From Glycera tridactyla (taxonomy: Eukaryota): a stretch of 64,000 nt of DNA. Positions within the stretch are counted from its first letter, which is position 1. Each line of letters begins with the position of its first letter. Made by a program: the position numbers and the translations under genes. A model generated the notes under the pieces. The model ran no database searches. It saw only the letters and a program-made list of their open reading frames with translations, and had not been told where the DNA came from. Below, in pieces: positions 38,458 through 50,943 of the stretch. Location: the NCBI GenBank assembly GCA_965644265.1, contig OZ286466.1:29574001-29638000 (forward strand), written 5' to 3'.

Positions 38458-38654
38458 TGCGATGCTAGGGAAGCCTGAAGGTTGCGGGCTAGCCGCCTGT
38501 ACGTATCCAACACCGTCTTGACTAGAGTTGTACATGTCGAGGGCTCCGGGACTGTTGGCAGGTGGGAATCCGCGACTGTTGGCCGGTGACGTCGGTGGTC
38601 CATAAGACTGTGCGTAACTGTTCATAACGGAGAGCACGCCCCCGGAGGTCACTA
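38458..38654 (-). CDS. msi: Musashi exon VVTSGG...ANSPGALDMYNSSQDGVGYVQAASPQPSGFPSIA (197 nt, phase 1 to 0)
   Basis: Acceptor ttttttcctcttattgtgatgccag|TA; donor GCA|gtatgt; aligns with MSI2 [35 protein letters not shown]. Confidence 0.95.
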
Positions 38655-41600
38655 CTGGCATCACAATAAGAGGAAAAAACAACATCGAATAAGTATCAAG
38701 TCATACATAAATAGCAACACCAGATCCCCAATCAGTGGACTAATTTTTTTAAGACTCATTTCAGATGGTTCATTTCGTATGCACAAATCAGTAAAAGGTA
38801 GTTTCACCAAATCATGACTAGTAATGACATGAAGTAATGATGATGGTATTTGTGATGATCAAAAAAGACGGACCTGAATTTCTTGCGAGTAAAGCAATGT
38901 GTAAAATGCCAAAATTTTGGCTCAAAAAGAGCAATAAATTCTACAAAATTGTAATGTTTGGCATCTCTATTTTCTTTTTCACGAGATTTCGAATTAGTAT
39001 GAGTTAAAAAGCAAATATGAAGCAAAAAATCACAAGGCAACGAGTTGCAGGTCATATTACCGGTAAGTGAGGGTATGCTTCAAATTGGAAGATGCTTCCT
39101 GGGCGATATAATTAAGCAGAAATTTTGACACTGGTTAGCTCAAGAGAATTAGGACTCATCCCAATGTATGGAGCTGCAGTCAAGAGTTCCAATAAATGAA
39201 ATTTAGTTCCAGGTATGCTTTGAGGCCTGAGAAATACGATTCACTTAACCGGTGCTGAAGTAATTAAATGAGAAAAAATATTTATCGCGATCTAGTTCAC
39301 TGACTGGGGGCATCTAGGTTTTGTTGCATCAAAACAAATATGCACACATCACATGAAGCCTGATTTCAAATAACAACATGTACACCAATGCCTTTGAATA
39401 GGAATAATACTCAGAAATTTCTTCCAATTGAAGCAATCTAACTAAAAAAAAGCAATGCCCATACCAAAACTTATCCCAATGTTGGCAGCTCAGATAATAG
39501 TTAAAGATACAAGAAAGCCATTTTAGAATTAATACTCCACTTCAACCATGCTCAATCAGCATGTATGACGGACAGGCTTTTAGATGCACACAAAAAAGGC
39601 ATAACAATAATGTATCAAGTGTTGAAATTGATTATTTACACTAAACTCCTGTTAGCCGCACACAAACGGTCGGTGGTAATCGTTAGATAGAAGCGGTGTG
39701 GAACCAATTTGTTAGACTGACCAAATCTTTCCTCGTATCTACAACAAGTCAGTGAGGTACTACGGCAGTGTGAAGGGAGGGGAACTCCACAAAACTTGGC
39801 GATCCTAGTAGGAGGTATGTCTTACTAATTGGCATGTGTGTTTATTTCAATTATTTGAGTCTGATTTCAATAATTCTCTATGTAATTTAGGGATTTACAC
39901 AGTGTGACCAGGATTCTATCGGTCATAGTTTAGTATTCTTCAAACAAAACTTTTCCCAACATATTACAATTGCTTGATTTAAGTGGCAGAATCAACTGCA
40001 TATGAGAGAATACAAGAGAAACTTGCCACAGTTCCATGTGCAATTCCCCGTGTTTACATGCCTGAATCATGCTGTCTTAGCCAAGTAGGCTCAACCATAC
40101 ATGTATGTGCCTTTTGGTATGAGCCTTTCAGCACAGGGCAAATGGTGATCCCTAACTCACCCCTTTCTCACATTCCTGACTTGGTAGTCTTGCATTTTAT
40201 CCAAAAAGCAACTCAAAAGTGAGCTTACCCAGGAGGCTGAAATTGTTGGTGGTCCATGGGCCAACAGGTTCTGATGTAAGAGATATAATTTTTTGATTGC
40301 ACTATATTTGCTACTTGTTTACATTCAAGGATTATGGCAAATTTTACTGGGGCATTGTTTCCGCAAGATCTCTAATCAATCTTCAAACTTGCGTTTCACT
40401 AAAACCAACACAGAAATGCCAGTCTCCAGGCAGGGGGAAGAACACTGTCTGAACTAAGCACACACAACATCCCAAACCACTATTGACTATTGCCTACATG
40501 CTGTACAAATCCCCACCACAGGTGTCTTCATAAAATCACGAATACACTATGTTCACACCACAGAGAGTGATGACAATCTAGTTTGGTGATGAAAGTGTCA
40601 AAACATGCTCGTCACATGGTACAAAACTGGGAAATACCAATCTGACATGGGATTTGATTTGACCTGACAGCCTTGAGCTTTATAGATCATGTTCATGTTT
40701 TCCCTGGGTTTCTAAACAGTACTCGATTGAAAGCCTCGTGAGAAGTGATGCCTGCTGAAGATGGCAAAATTTTCTGAAACAGTGTTGAATTCACTGAAAA
40801 GCCTGAAAATTCGCATCAATGTGTAGAGGTCCTTGTCAATTTCTATCAGGGTTGATCTGTGATGATTAAAAAGAAAAAGCAAACTACAGACAATGTTTCC
40901 ATACTGATCTCCAAAGGACCACAATCTCAAATCTCATATCACTTCAGAATTCCAAGGACCAGACTGTGTACTTGATAGAAAAAAAATGAATTCTGCATAA
41001 AATGAGATATCTGTGACCATGAGAGGAATTCCTTGTATTTTGATTGGCTTCTTTTTTTCTGCTGTATAAACTTGGAGCTGATTGATTGAATGATTGATTG
41101 GCGTTTAACAGCATGTAATGCCCTAAACTGAATATGTACTCTACTGAGATAGATTGTGCATGATTTCGTGTATCAACTGTTCTGCATCAAAGGCACCAGT
41201 CATTGAGGCAGATCACCATCGGCTTGGATGGGTGGTGATATTGTCTCAAGTGTCATATTTTGGACGTGTATTCCGACTCTGTGGTGAGAATTCATACAGC
41301 AAATAGTTTGGAATGTATGAATACGTGACTATCATCGATCCAAGACACAGAAGCTGAGTCAGCACGAGATTTAAATACTGGAAAACTCTAGCGCTAAGAA
41401 TAAATTCCAACAACAAGGTAACACCGAAAAAACTACTTATTCATAATCTAACAATCCAGGTGCAGACTGATGATATGAACACCAAACTAGTCAGATGCTA
41501 TGGCAGGCCATTTCCATACAATATGCAAACTGCAAGAGCCAAAATATCTACGTAAATGTCAAAAGGAAACAAAAAGGTACAGTGAGAAGGGGGTAGATGG

Positions 41601-43184
41601 AGAGATAGGCAGATACTAGCAAGAGCTGGACAGAGAGAGGGGGTATAACCCTTGTAGTGCCTGAACAGCGGAATCTTGAATCAACTGCAGTTTATAGCCA
41701 GTTCTACGTCATTCAAGTTGGGAACTTGAGTAAAATCCCTAACATTATATAGAAATTACTCAAGCTACTTTATATCCACCTTCTGAACAGTGAGGAACTT
41801 CTCTTGTAAGAGATTGATTGCCAAAAGCTCATAGACTCAAGCTACGCTAGGCAATAATTCCAACCTGCAATTTATTCGAATAAACCTCTTAGTGTCAGAC
41901 AGATGGTTGGTAATATTTTTGCAAATCTCTCAGGGATCTAATATCATTGTCAAAAAATACATTAGTTTCAAATCTATTTTCTGGCTAGTTCCTGGTCTCA
42001 AAACATTTTTGATCAAATCCAAGCAAGGATTAGTTGTCCCCAATGGTGTTCTAGTCTGCATTGTGGAAAGGGAACATTTGCACAATGGCCCATCTTGATT
42101 GGCCATGCCAATGAATGAAGGCGCATTCTTTATCACTTTTTATTCTGACAGTATTTTGGTCTCCAATCCATGACCCAAGAGAATCCATGCCACTGCTCTA
42201 AATGTCTGAGAAAAATATCATTCACAATTTCTTACGTATGTATATGTCAATTTAGGAAAAGCCTTCTCACACAGGAAAAAATGAATAATTTGTGGGGCCC
42301 AAACGCACAATTGGAGAGCAAATAGGATTCCTTTAAACAATTTTCTGTGGACTGGAAATGTGTCCTGCAGCGATGAAATGTTCACGGTTGCGTTACTATG
42401 GACCTTTGGTTGCCAATGGCAGCCTCATGCACCTCAGGCTGTCTTCGGGCACTTGGCCAAAATTTGTCAATTCGAGCAAGACAAGGGTTAGGAGCAGAGG
42501 AGAGAAAAGATGGAGAGACAGCGACACATAGATGCAGGAGAAATGGTGACAGGGATGTAAGTCACTATATATATAATATGAATATATATATGTGTATATA
42601 ACAAGGCCTAATTTGCCGGTGTCGTACCTTGTTTTAATGGGAGTGCAAAGTTGGCTTCAAAGGAAGGAAAGACACATTCTGGTTACTTCCAAACGCCCCA
42701 AGAATGTAACTACACTACTCTTGTAATATCAGCGTCCAAAACTAGCCATTTTTTTGGAGTCAGTTTTCAGTCCCAAGAAACACATACTGATGTATATAAT
42801 GACTAATTTTTACTCAGTATCTACATGCAAAGCTCACTATGATCTGATATAAAGTCATATAGGGTATGGGACCGCACACCCAGTAGGGGTATGAGGCAGG
42901 TTTTTAGTGTCCTTATCACTATTTGGGATGCCATGACATAGGTCCTACCCTCATCCATATATAAATGCATGTTACCAGTGCTTTCGGTGTGGACGCATAT
43001 CTCAGAACTGGCCTATTAACTGCAAATGAATCCAAAATCCAAAACGAACCATGTTACCATCCGTACTTCATGTTGTTGAAAAACCGTAACCCAAACACTG
43101 ATAAAAAGACCACTTGTAATGGGTTTTTTTGTCGATTATATTTCGTCACTTGAGCGTGTAGAATGGAGAAGAATAGGTAGGTAC

Positions 43185-43424
43185 CTGCAGCTTGTCTTTG
43201 CGTATATTGCTCTCTGTGGATAGGTGAGTTACTAATGGCCATAGGGGAGGCTTCGGTACGCGGTACTACGGTCCCGCTCAAGTGACTGGCCATGTGGCTC
43301 GTGGGTGCCGCAGCTGCATAGTCAGCATAATAAGCTGCGGCCGCGGCAGCCGCGGCGGCTGCAGTTATGTGTCGGCCGGCTGCATCGGGCGCAGGGGCGG
43401 GCAGATAGCCATAACCAGGGAAGC
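43185..43424 (-). CDS. msi: Musashi exon GFPGYGYLPAPAP...A10-YYADYAAAA...RQAA (240 nt, phase 1-1)
   Basis: Acceptor ttgttgtctacctag|GC; donor GCAG|gtacct; poly-Ala and Tyr/Pro composition typical of the Musashi C-terminal disordered region. Confidence 0.9.
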
Positions 43425-46400
43425 CTAGGTAGACAACAAACACTCCACTCAGTATATTAGCAACTGCCAGGGCGACAAGTTTCATTGATTTCAAGTTTTG
43501 CAATGCTGGTGCCAGTTATGGTGATGCTGATCAGATCATGCAAAATTTCAGAATACCCACAAATATTCCCAGTTTTTGAAATTTTTAAATATTACCCTTC
43601 AGAACAAGTCAGATCATGAAAATACTGATATTTTGTGAGATTAGATGGAAGACTTGTATTCCCGTAACATTCTGGCACAAACATAACAAACTTGACATCA
43701 TAAAACGTTGCCAAGACGGCCCGTATTAGCAACCCTTGGTGGCAATGCAGGAACTAAGCACAGACATGGTGCATGGGTGGCCTTCATCGATTTCTGATCG
43801 AGTACCGATATTTCTCTGCCAAAATGCACTACACTAACACACATTTCTAAATCAGTAATGATGAATACTAGAAGAAAAGTCAAGTATTTGACTACTATCT
43901 TAAGAAAAATGCGTATGTGAAGGCAAGAAATACTCTAAATCGGCCAAACACCATGCATCTACACTGGGTCAAATGTTCCTACATGACCAGCTCAAACAAA
44001 TTTGCCCTCATCAAGAACAAGGGCAATGGGCAGGACATGACCTTTGACCTCTCAGTAATGAGGTCAAAGGTCATGTACATGCCCTAATGCATGGTTATGG
44101 ATTTAAAGTTTGGAAAAAATGGTATCCAAAGTCATCCAAACAAATTCACACGTTTGGCTCAATCTGAAATCTCAGTGTTAATTTTCCAAACTTCAACACA
44201 AAAGCACATTATCTTGAGTATGTTGGAACAAAGTACACAATCTAGGGTGAACAGAAGCCAAAACTGAAAAAAAGAAGGTTAGTATCGGTTTGAAAACAGC
44301 ATTTCGAACGTCAAATGCCGCAAATTTCCAACCAAATCTGGTGAGGCAAACATCGCCAAGTCTGGAGTTTCACAAAAGATTAGGACTTGAATGTGTCCCA
44401 TTGGTTTTCATGGACCAAATGCACGGATTACACACTTGACTTGTTCTGCGCATGTTCAGTTGCAGGAACATGTGATAAAACAGCAGAATATCTCATCTAT
44501 CTGCATCTCTTCATCATTTGTGTCTAACTGATATCCTGGATTAGGCCAATGACATTATTCAAGAAACGCCAACAATGCTATTACTGGGAGTAAAGCTATG
44601 GTTAAAGTTTTGAATAGCATACATTTCCACATTATCCATCGAATGTCATTGCCAGATTTGAATGGTTGGGAATCATCCAAATAGTCATCAATACAGGTGG
44701 ATATTGCCTGATAAAACTGATGCCTGCTGAAACTGGATTCCCTTCTTATTGATCTGGAGTCGAATGATCAGATTCTAGCCTTAAGCCCTTCATGGAGCAA
44801 GTTAGATTTCAGCTGATGCATTAGTCTGAAATGAATCATCAAATTTCGATAAAAAATCCTTGATGCATTTTCTTCCCATAATACTGAATTGTTCTTTTTC
44901 CAATGACATATATGGTCACAAGCTTCTAATATATTTTCAGATGCCATGTCATCAAATGATGAATTAGACATCAATTTGTGGGTTCTCAGATCATGCACAA
45001 GCAGCCAAAATCAAACAAGTCTGTTGTGAATTTCTTCTGAGTCTCCAATTGAAATGAAGAGTGAGTGACGGAGTGGAGTGGGCATGAGCAGGGAAGGATT
45101 TCAGGAAGTGATGAGAAGCAGAATCGTAGAAGTGTGTGCACTGTGCATAAAGTGCTCCGAGAGAGTCCATGCAACCTTACATGATCAGAAAGCACACTCA
45201 TGGTGAGGTCACTGTGTGAGAACTCTGCCTGCAGAGACATCTACAGGCAGGTCTCAGTTATGTAGGTCATCACCATGGTGTCATGTGTATGTAAGTTGGT
45301 ATCAAATCAACAGTGAGTGCTTGCTCTCTCTCAACAGATGCTGTTATTTCTCTGCCCGGAGAGTGGGTAGCAGATTGAGCCAATGTGTACCATCCCACAT
45401 AAAGTTATTCCACATCATCTTTCTTGACATCTCTTGACTTGCTTGCAGTCGCTAGCCAATAATCCAACATCTGCAAGATCACCGAAGAAGGACCGAATAG
45501 TGGAAATCGTTCGTTACTCATACTAGACTTGTCTGGGATGGTACACAGAGGCCATGAACCGAAGGGTCAATGGGTCAGATTTTATACATACAACCTTTCC
45601 TCCATCTGACATGGGGCTTCCAGGTGTCACACTTGCACAGAGATTGCGAGGTCAACTCAACCACAAATTGTCCAAAGATGAAGCCATTCCAGACACAACT
45701 CAGAAATGGCTTTTCTAATTTATTCTCTTTTGGGAAAATTTCATTGACAGAAATGGTATAAAATCAGTTGGTTTTTCTTGTTCACATGATTTCTCAACAT
45801 GGAAAAATAATGGGAGATTTGATGTAAACTATCATCTGTGGTTGGAAGACATAGCAATCTGAAATGCAAGGTGACACATTTGTTTACAAGGAAGCATCAT
45901 GCTAGATCTAGAGAGGTTCAAATGCTAGAATTACAAAACTAAGCATAGCAGACTCCGAACCCCTAACATAGCATGTTGATAGGCGATGAGTAATGAGATA
46001 ACAACCAGCAAACCAGCCCATTTTACATATAAATATATAGATATAATATGAATAGCAACAGGGCGGGCAGCAGTGGCGGCACACACAACTACCAAGATTC
46101 AACCATCAAACATTTATATTTAGGACGATATCTACTCCACTCACACACACACACACTAATCAAGAATAACCGATTTTAAGCAAACCATCTCCCCAAATAC
46201 TACTACGATATATATCGGGTGATTTGAGCCAGCAATACTCTACTGAAGAACCCTCTCTAATGAGATTGAGTAGTGCCATCTGGAGGTGGAACTCAAAGTG
46301 AGGCAGTCTAATGACAATGACTGCCACCAGAGGGTGTCATCCCGATGGAAGCAGGGAGTTTTGATTTTGACACGCATTCACGCCCACACAAGGAATACAG

Positions 46401-46955
46401 ACAGGTCTACGGGGTGATTATGTAATACTGTAATATGCAGTAAACTACCAACAACGTGGATGCCAAAGAATGCACAAAATGGCCGGCCATCAGGCGGTCA
46501 CTGGTGAAGTCAACATTCTACGTGAGTTATACCAAACCAGGGGTTACCCACCACACCGAGTTTCAACTGGATTTCTGCCAATAAAGCAACATTACATTCC
46601 ACAAATGTTGCTTGAACTTGATTTCTGCCAATGATGCGACATCACACATCCAAAAATGTATACAACCAAATGTGGTAAACATAATGAGAACCAACGCAAT
46701 AATTCAAAAGACAATGAATGGATTGGCAAATCTATGAGGCACCCAAACCACAGAAACTACATATTCAAGACCCTTGACCAACACGAATCATTTTTATTTC
46801 CATATCTTGAGATGATTTTCAAATCACATCTCAAACAATGAAAGCAACATGGCATTGGCAGATAGTTCGAGCTGAAACTCAGAGGTCATTTCTACTGCAC
46901 ACGGCAGTCAGGTAACCTTCACACATGAGGGTCATATTTCTCGGAGTCTTCTTAC

Positions 46956-47084
46956 CGGGTGTTCCGTACCCTAGGTAGGAGCTGCGGCCACTGCCCCCCG
47001 CCGCTGTGGCACTTCGATTGGTGCTCACTGCTCTACGGAGTGATGCTGCCGCAGGGTTAGCACCACCAAAGGCCAAACCCAACC
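46956..47084 (-). CDS. msi: Musashi exon GLGLAFGGANPAAASLRRAVSTNRSATAAGGSGRSSYLGYGTP (129 nt, phase 1-1, probable cassette)
   Basis: Acceptor tttattgcgccag|GG; strong donor CCCG|gtaaga; in frame with both neighbours; Ala/Gly-rich and GC-rich like the other exons. Confidence 0.8.
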
Positions 47085-47988
47085 CTGGCGCAATAAACAT
47101 TAAATGGTCAACATTGTGTCTGTGTTTGAGTGAGTGGGGGAAAGAGAGTCATTGATGTGTATTCCGAAAACTAGGTACCTTTTTGACAGCATCATGGACT
47201 CAGTTTTAGGTCTAGTCAAACTACCCCAACAGACAAGCAGCCAAATAACTAGTGCGCATGGAAACACACAATCTATCCATTATGCATACCGCAATTCTTT
47301 CTATGAATCACTTGTCATTTTTCAGATAGTGCACAGCATAGCTGTGCAAAGTATGCCAGCAATTGTTTCCATAATCTTCTATGGTCAGACTGTATTTGGC
47401 TGCATTGAACTGTGTAAGAAGTACAACCACAGACAGGACATACACAAACACGCAATACCACAAAAACTCCACACTCAGGCTCCAGAACACCACACACACG
47501 ACCATGTACACACTGCAAGACTATGCCCAAGGTCCGGATATTTGAGATAATGAAATTCACCTGATATCAACTCCAGTCATCCATGAAATAGCCACATTTG
47601 ATGTGACAATAGGATTATGGTTTTGTGATTAATATGAGTTGGCATAGAAGGGTCAAATCTGATCGGAAGCTTGCTATTCGAAAATACATGATCTCAAAGA
47701 CAACTCAAAGTTTTCCAATTTGCTCCCATAAGGCCGATAGCGACCAATTTTTACTGTGAGTTTTAGAAATGAAACTGCTCACGCAAATCTTGCAAAATGA
47801 CAAATATAAAATGAGCAATCAAAGACCAAGAAGACAAATTCCTCCAAATGACCTCGATGAACTGCCAACTCCCCATTTCAAAAGACTGATGGGTGGTAGG
47901 AGCTCGACCGATGATCAGTCCAACATTTGGGCCAAGAAGCGGACAAGCGTGGGATTGATGGGGGAGTTTGTAGGAAGTATGTGAAGGC

Positions 47989-48048
47989 CTATCATTCCTG
48001 AGACACCAATCAATCTGGCTATCATTCCTGAGACACCGATCAATCTGG
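47989..48048. repeat. 30-bp tandem duplication
   Basis: ctatcattcctgagacacc(a/g)atcaatctgg twice, one mismatch. Confidence 0.95.
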
Positions 48049-50868
48049 CATGAAACAGAGAACAGACATGACGAGACATTCACACAGACGAAGGATGAAC
48101 TTTCTCGCTCTCGTTCTCTCCACTTTGACCACCATTCTTTCACGTTGCCATGCATGCCAGCTATGCCACATCCAGTGAATGCTCTCTCCCGTGACATTAA
48201 CCAATGTAATCCTGCTATGCTTCATTTTGTAAATCTGCACGCAATCATCATCATTAACAAGTAGTTCATCCCATCTCACACCAGAGGCCACTCTCCTCAA
48301 TCAATGGTGAACTGCCATCTTTGTTTTGTATGATCAGATTTTCTGTAAATTCTATTTCAACTCTTGATACAGAAAGTCTGTGACCTGTATCCTGACTGAT
48401 AACCAATCAGGCAATTCCAAAAGAATATGAATATCTGGATTTTGATACATCTGAAAATTGAAGCGCATTTCAGGGTGATTTCATTGAAGTACACGAGATG
48501 GCACTTCATTCCACCATCATCTAATTTCATCAGATGGTACTCAAATCAACTGGCAGACAGAAAAAGATGAGAGGGCCGCTGGTGTGAGCCTAGTTGAAAC
48601 ATATAATCAATGCATCAAAATATATCAACATTGTATATGTTCTGAATTGACATCCTGGATCAGAAAATATGCATTACTGAACTGGTGGTGAATAGCCTAA
48701 GTTACAAACGTGACTCAATGAGTTTTAACTGGGAGGTGGTTAATAGCAAAAAATAGAAATAAAAATAACCCCCACAAAATTGCCAAAAGATTGATATTTC
48801 ACCTAATAGTAATAGCATTCATCTGCTCCAATAATGAGAATTTTTGCAATGCCAAAGGTCATTTGAAATTTCAGGCTTGTTCACCGATGGAATATTGAGG
48901 CTTTATCTGCAAACAGGGGGCTCTTGACTTAGTTCAGAAGTTGCCTTGATATAAAAAGTCATGGTATCTGCACGGATCATCAATCGAGGTATCGCTCATC
49001 TGCTTGTTCAGTTTTCAACCATGCAGAAGTGGGCAACAGTGGCACAAGTTACAAAAGTGAGCCAACATCTGTCCCAAAATTTCCAGAAAGAATTTAGAAG
49101 AAAAAAACATTCACATTATGGACTCAAATATACAAAAATTGAGCAATTTCAGAAACTTTTTGGATTTCATTCCTTCCACATAATTTTTGCCCGAATCAGA
49201 TTTTTTTTCTGAAAATTGTAATTGCCATTCAAAACACCACCAGGTCATTACTAGTTTGGTGAATCGTACAAATGCATCAAAATGGGTAAATTCATATATA
49301 CATGTCAAACATAGCAGAAAGTACTCAGCATTAAAAACATAATTGTAAGCAACAAAGAAAAAAATAAAAGATTACTGGAGATGAATAACAGAGGCGGTGG
49401 GAGGGGGCATTGAAGATGTTTCAAATAACAGCATCAAAGTTTGAAAATATCAAGTCAAGTGTGCAACAGAAGAGACTGGCTGATTCTTAGTAATTTATGT
49501 TTCCAGAGGACAGAGTGGTTCATTCAGTGAACACAAGATGCCGCACTCACTTGGCTCTGATGGGATGCCACCTAGAAACGAACAGCAAACATGTCTGATG
49601 TATTCATTATGCACAAGGTGGCAGGAGTGACCGTTTGCCTACAAACTGCCACCTACTAACAACTAGAAGCACTAAATTAGCTTGCCCTCTTGTGGCTGGA
49701 TGATTTACTATTAAGCACATTGCTTGATATTTTCTTAATTCTCTCCTGAATCAAAGTCTTACAAAAATCTCAAACAGTTGATCATATCATGCTAATCAGA
49801 GAAGGGAAATCCCTCCATGACCTTCCCTTCAGTTCTCAACAGTTTGTAGTGTCATATCTGAGACACCAGAATGATTGATTGATTTATGCTCAATGTCTTT
49901 TCAACCCAACCTGGGTCATATGAGAGTGGCACAAGGAAATGAAGATATCGCACAGAAGCTCTGGAGACATGGCATGAACATACATGGGTCGTGTCATGTA
50001 GTGCCAGAGAAGTCTGAATCCAAAATGTGCACTTCTCAGGGAGATGACTGACTCATCTCTTACTTGGCCTAACACAGATGCTTCCGTGACTCTGATGCCG
50101 GTGATACCAATGAGACGATGCCATATTTTCCTTAAATATGGTCAGATATCCTGAGAATCACCATTTATAATCTCAAATGTATGTCTTGAAACTTCTGGCT
50201 AGATTGCACTAACTTCTCAATTTCATTTTTTTCTTCCTATTTCAAAGATTCCGAAAAACTTTGCAAAGATGTAAACAATTCTAGGTGTAAAATGTCATCG
50301 AGGACTCATACAGCACCCATTGTCAGATACATCAACATAATTTTCGACATTTTGGTGAACTAGTATACTGGATTAAGTGAACCTGTATTTTTGACAGAAA
50401 GGAAGGCCATTTGTACATAACTTTGTCCCAATTAAAATGTTCACAGCCACAATCGCCGGCGAGTAAAATATTGTGATCAATTTGACTCGGGACAAAGGTC
50501 GTCAGAAGGCAAATGCAGGTCATTCAAGTGAACTATTGACTACTGAGGAGGAGAAAGATAAGCACTAGTCGTCATCAAACAACCAGACAACGCAGCTGCC
50601 TTTCGGCATGTATCATCATCAAAATACCGTCTCGCAAAAACATATCGTATTCAAGATTATCTAAACTTGCAGTTTCCGAAATTTTGCCTAAAATGTCCTA
50701 CATACATGGATTCAGAAAAAGAGGGCAAAGAGTTACACCATCTTCACTATCTAATAGGAAATGTGAGCATTTTATCAGGCATTTAATTCACACTAGGCTT
50801 ATCAATCTCAGTTGAGGGAGGTAAAAATAAGCAAAATGTTATACCGTTGAAGGCTAAATCGGACATAC

Positions 50869-50943
50869 CAGGGACATAGTATCCCGGATAGCCCGGAAAC
50901 GCTCCACGTCCGTAAGCTGCTGCCGCATAAGCTGGGAATCCAG
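50869..50943 (-). CDS. msi: Musashi exon AGFPAYAAAAYGRGAFPGYPGYYVP (75 nt, phase 1-1; alternative acceptor gives 50955 start)
   Basis: Acceptor ttcttcccag|CT (or ttgtag|GA 12 nt upstream); donor CCTG|gtatgt; resembles MSI2 [25 protein letters not shown]. Confidence 0.92.

Noticed and set aside
42400-42520. Long pyrimidine tract with ctaac on the minus strand suggesting a 48-nt microexon
   Set aside because: First AG is far from the tract and the donor (gtccat) is poor.
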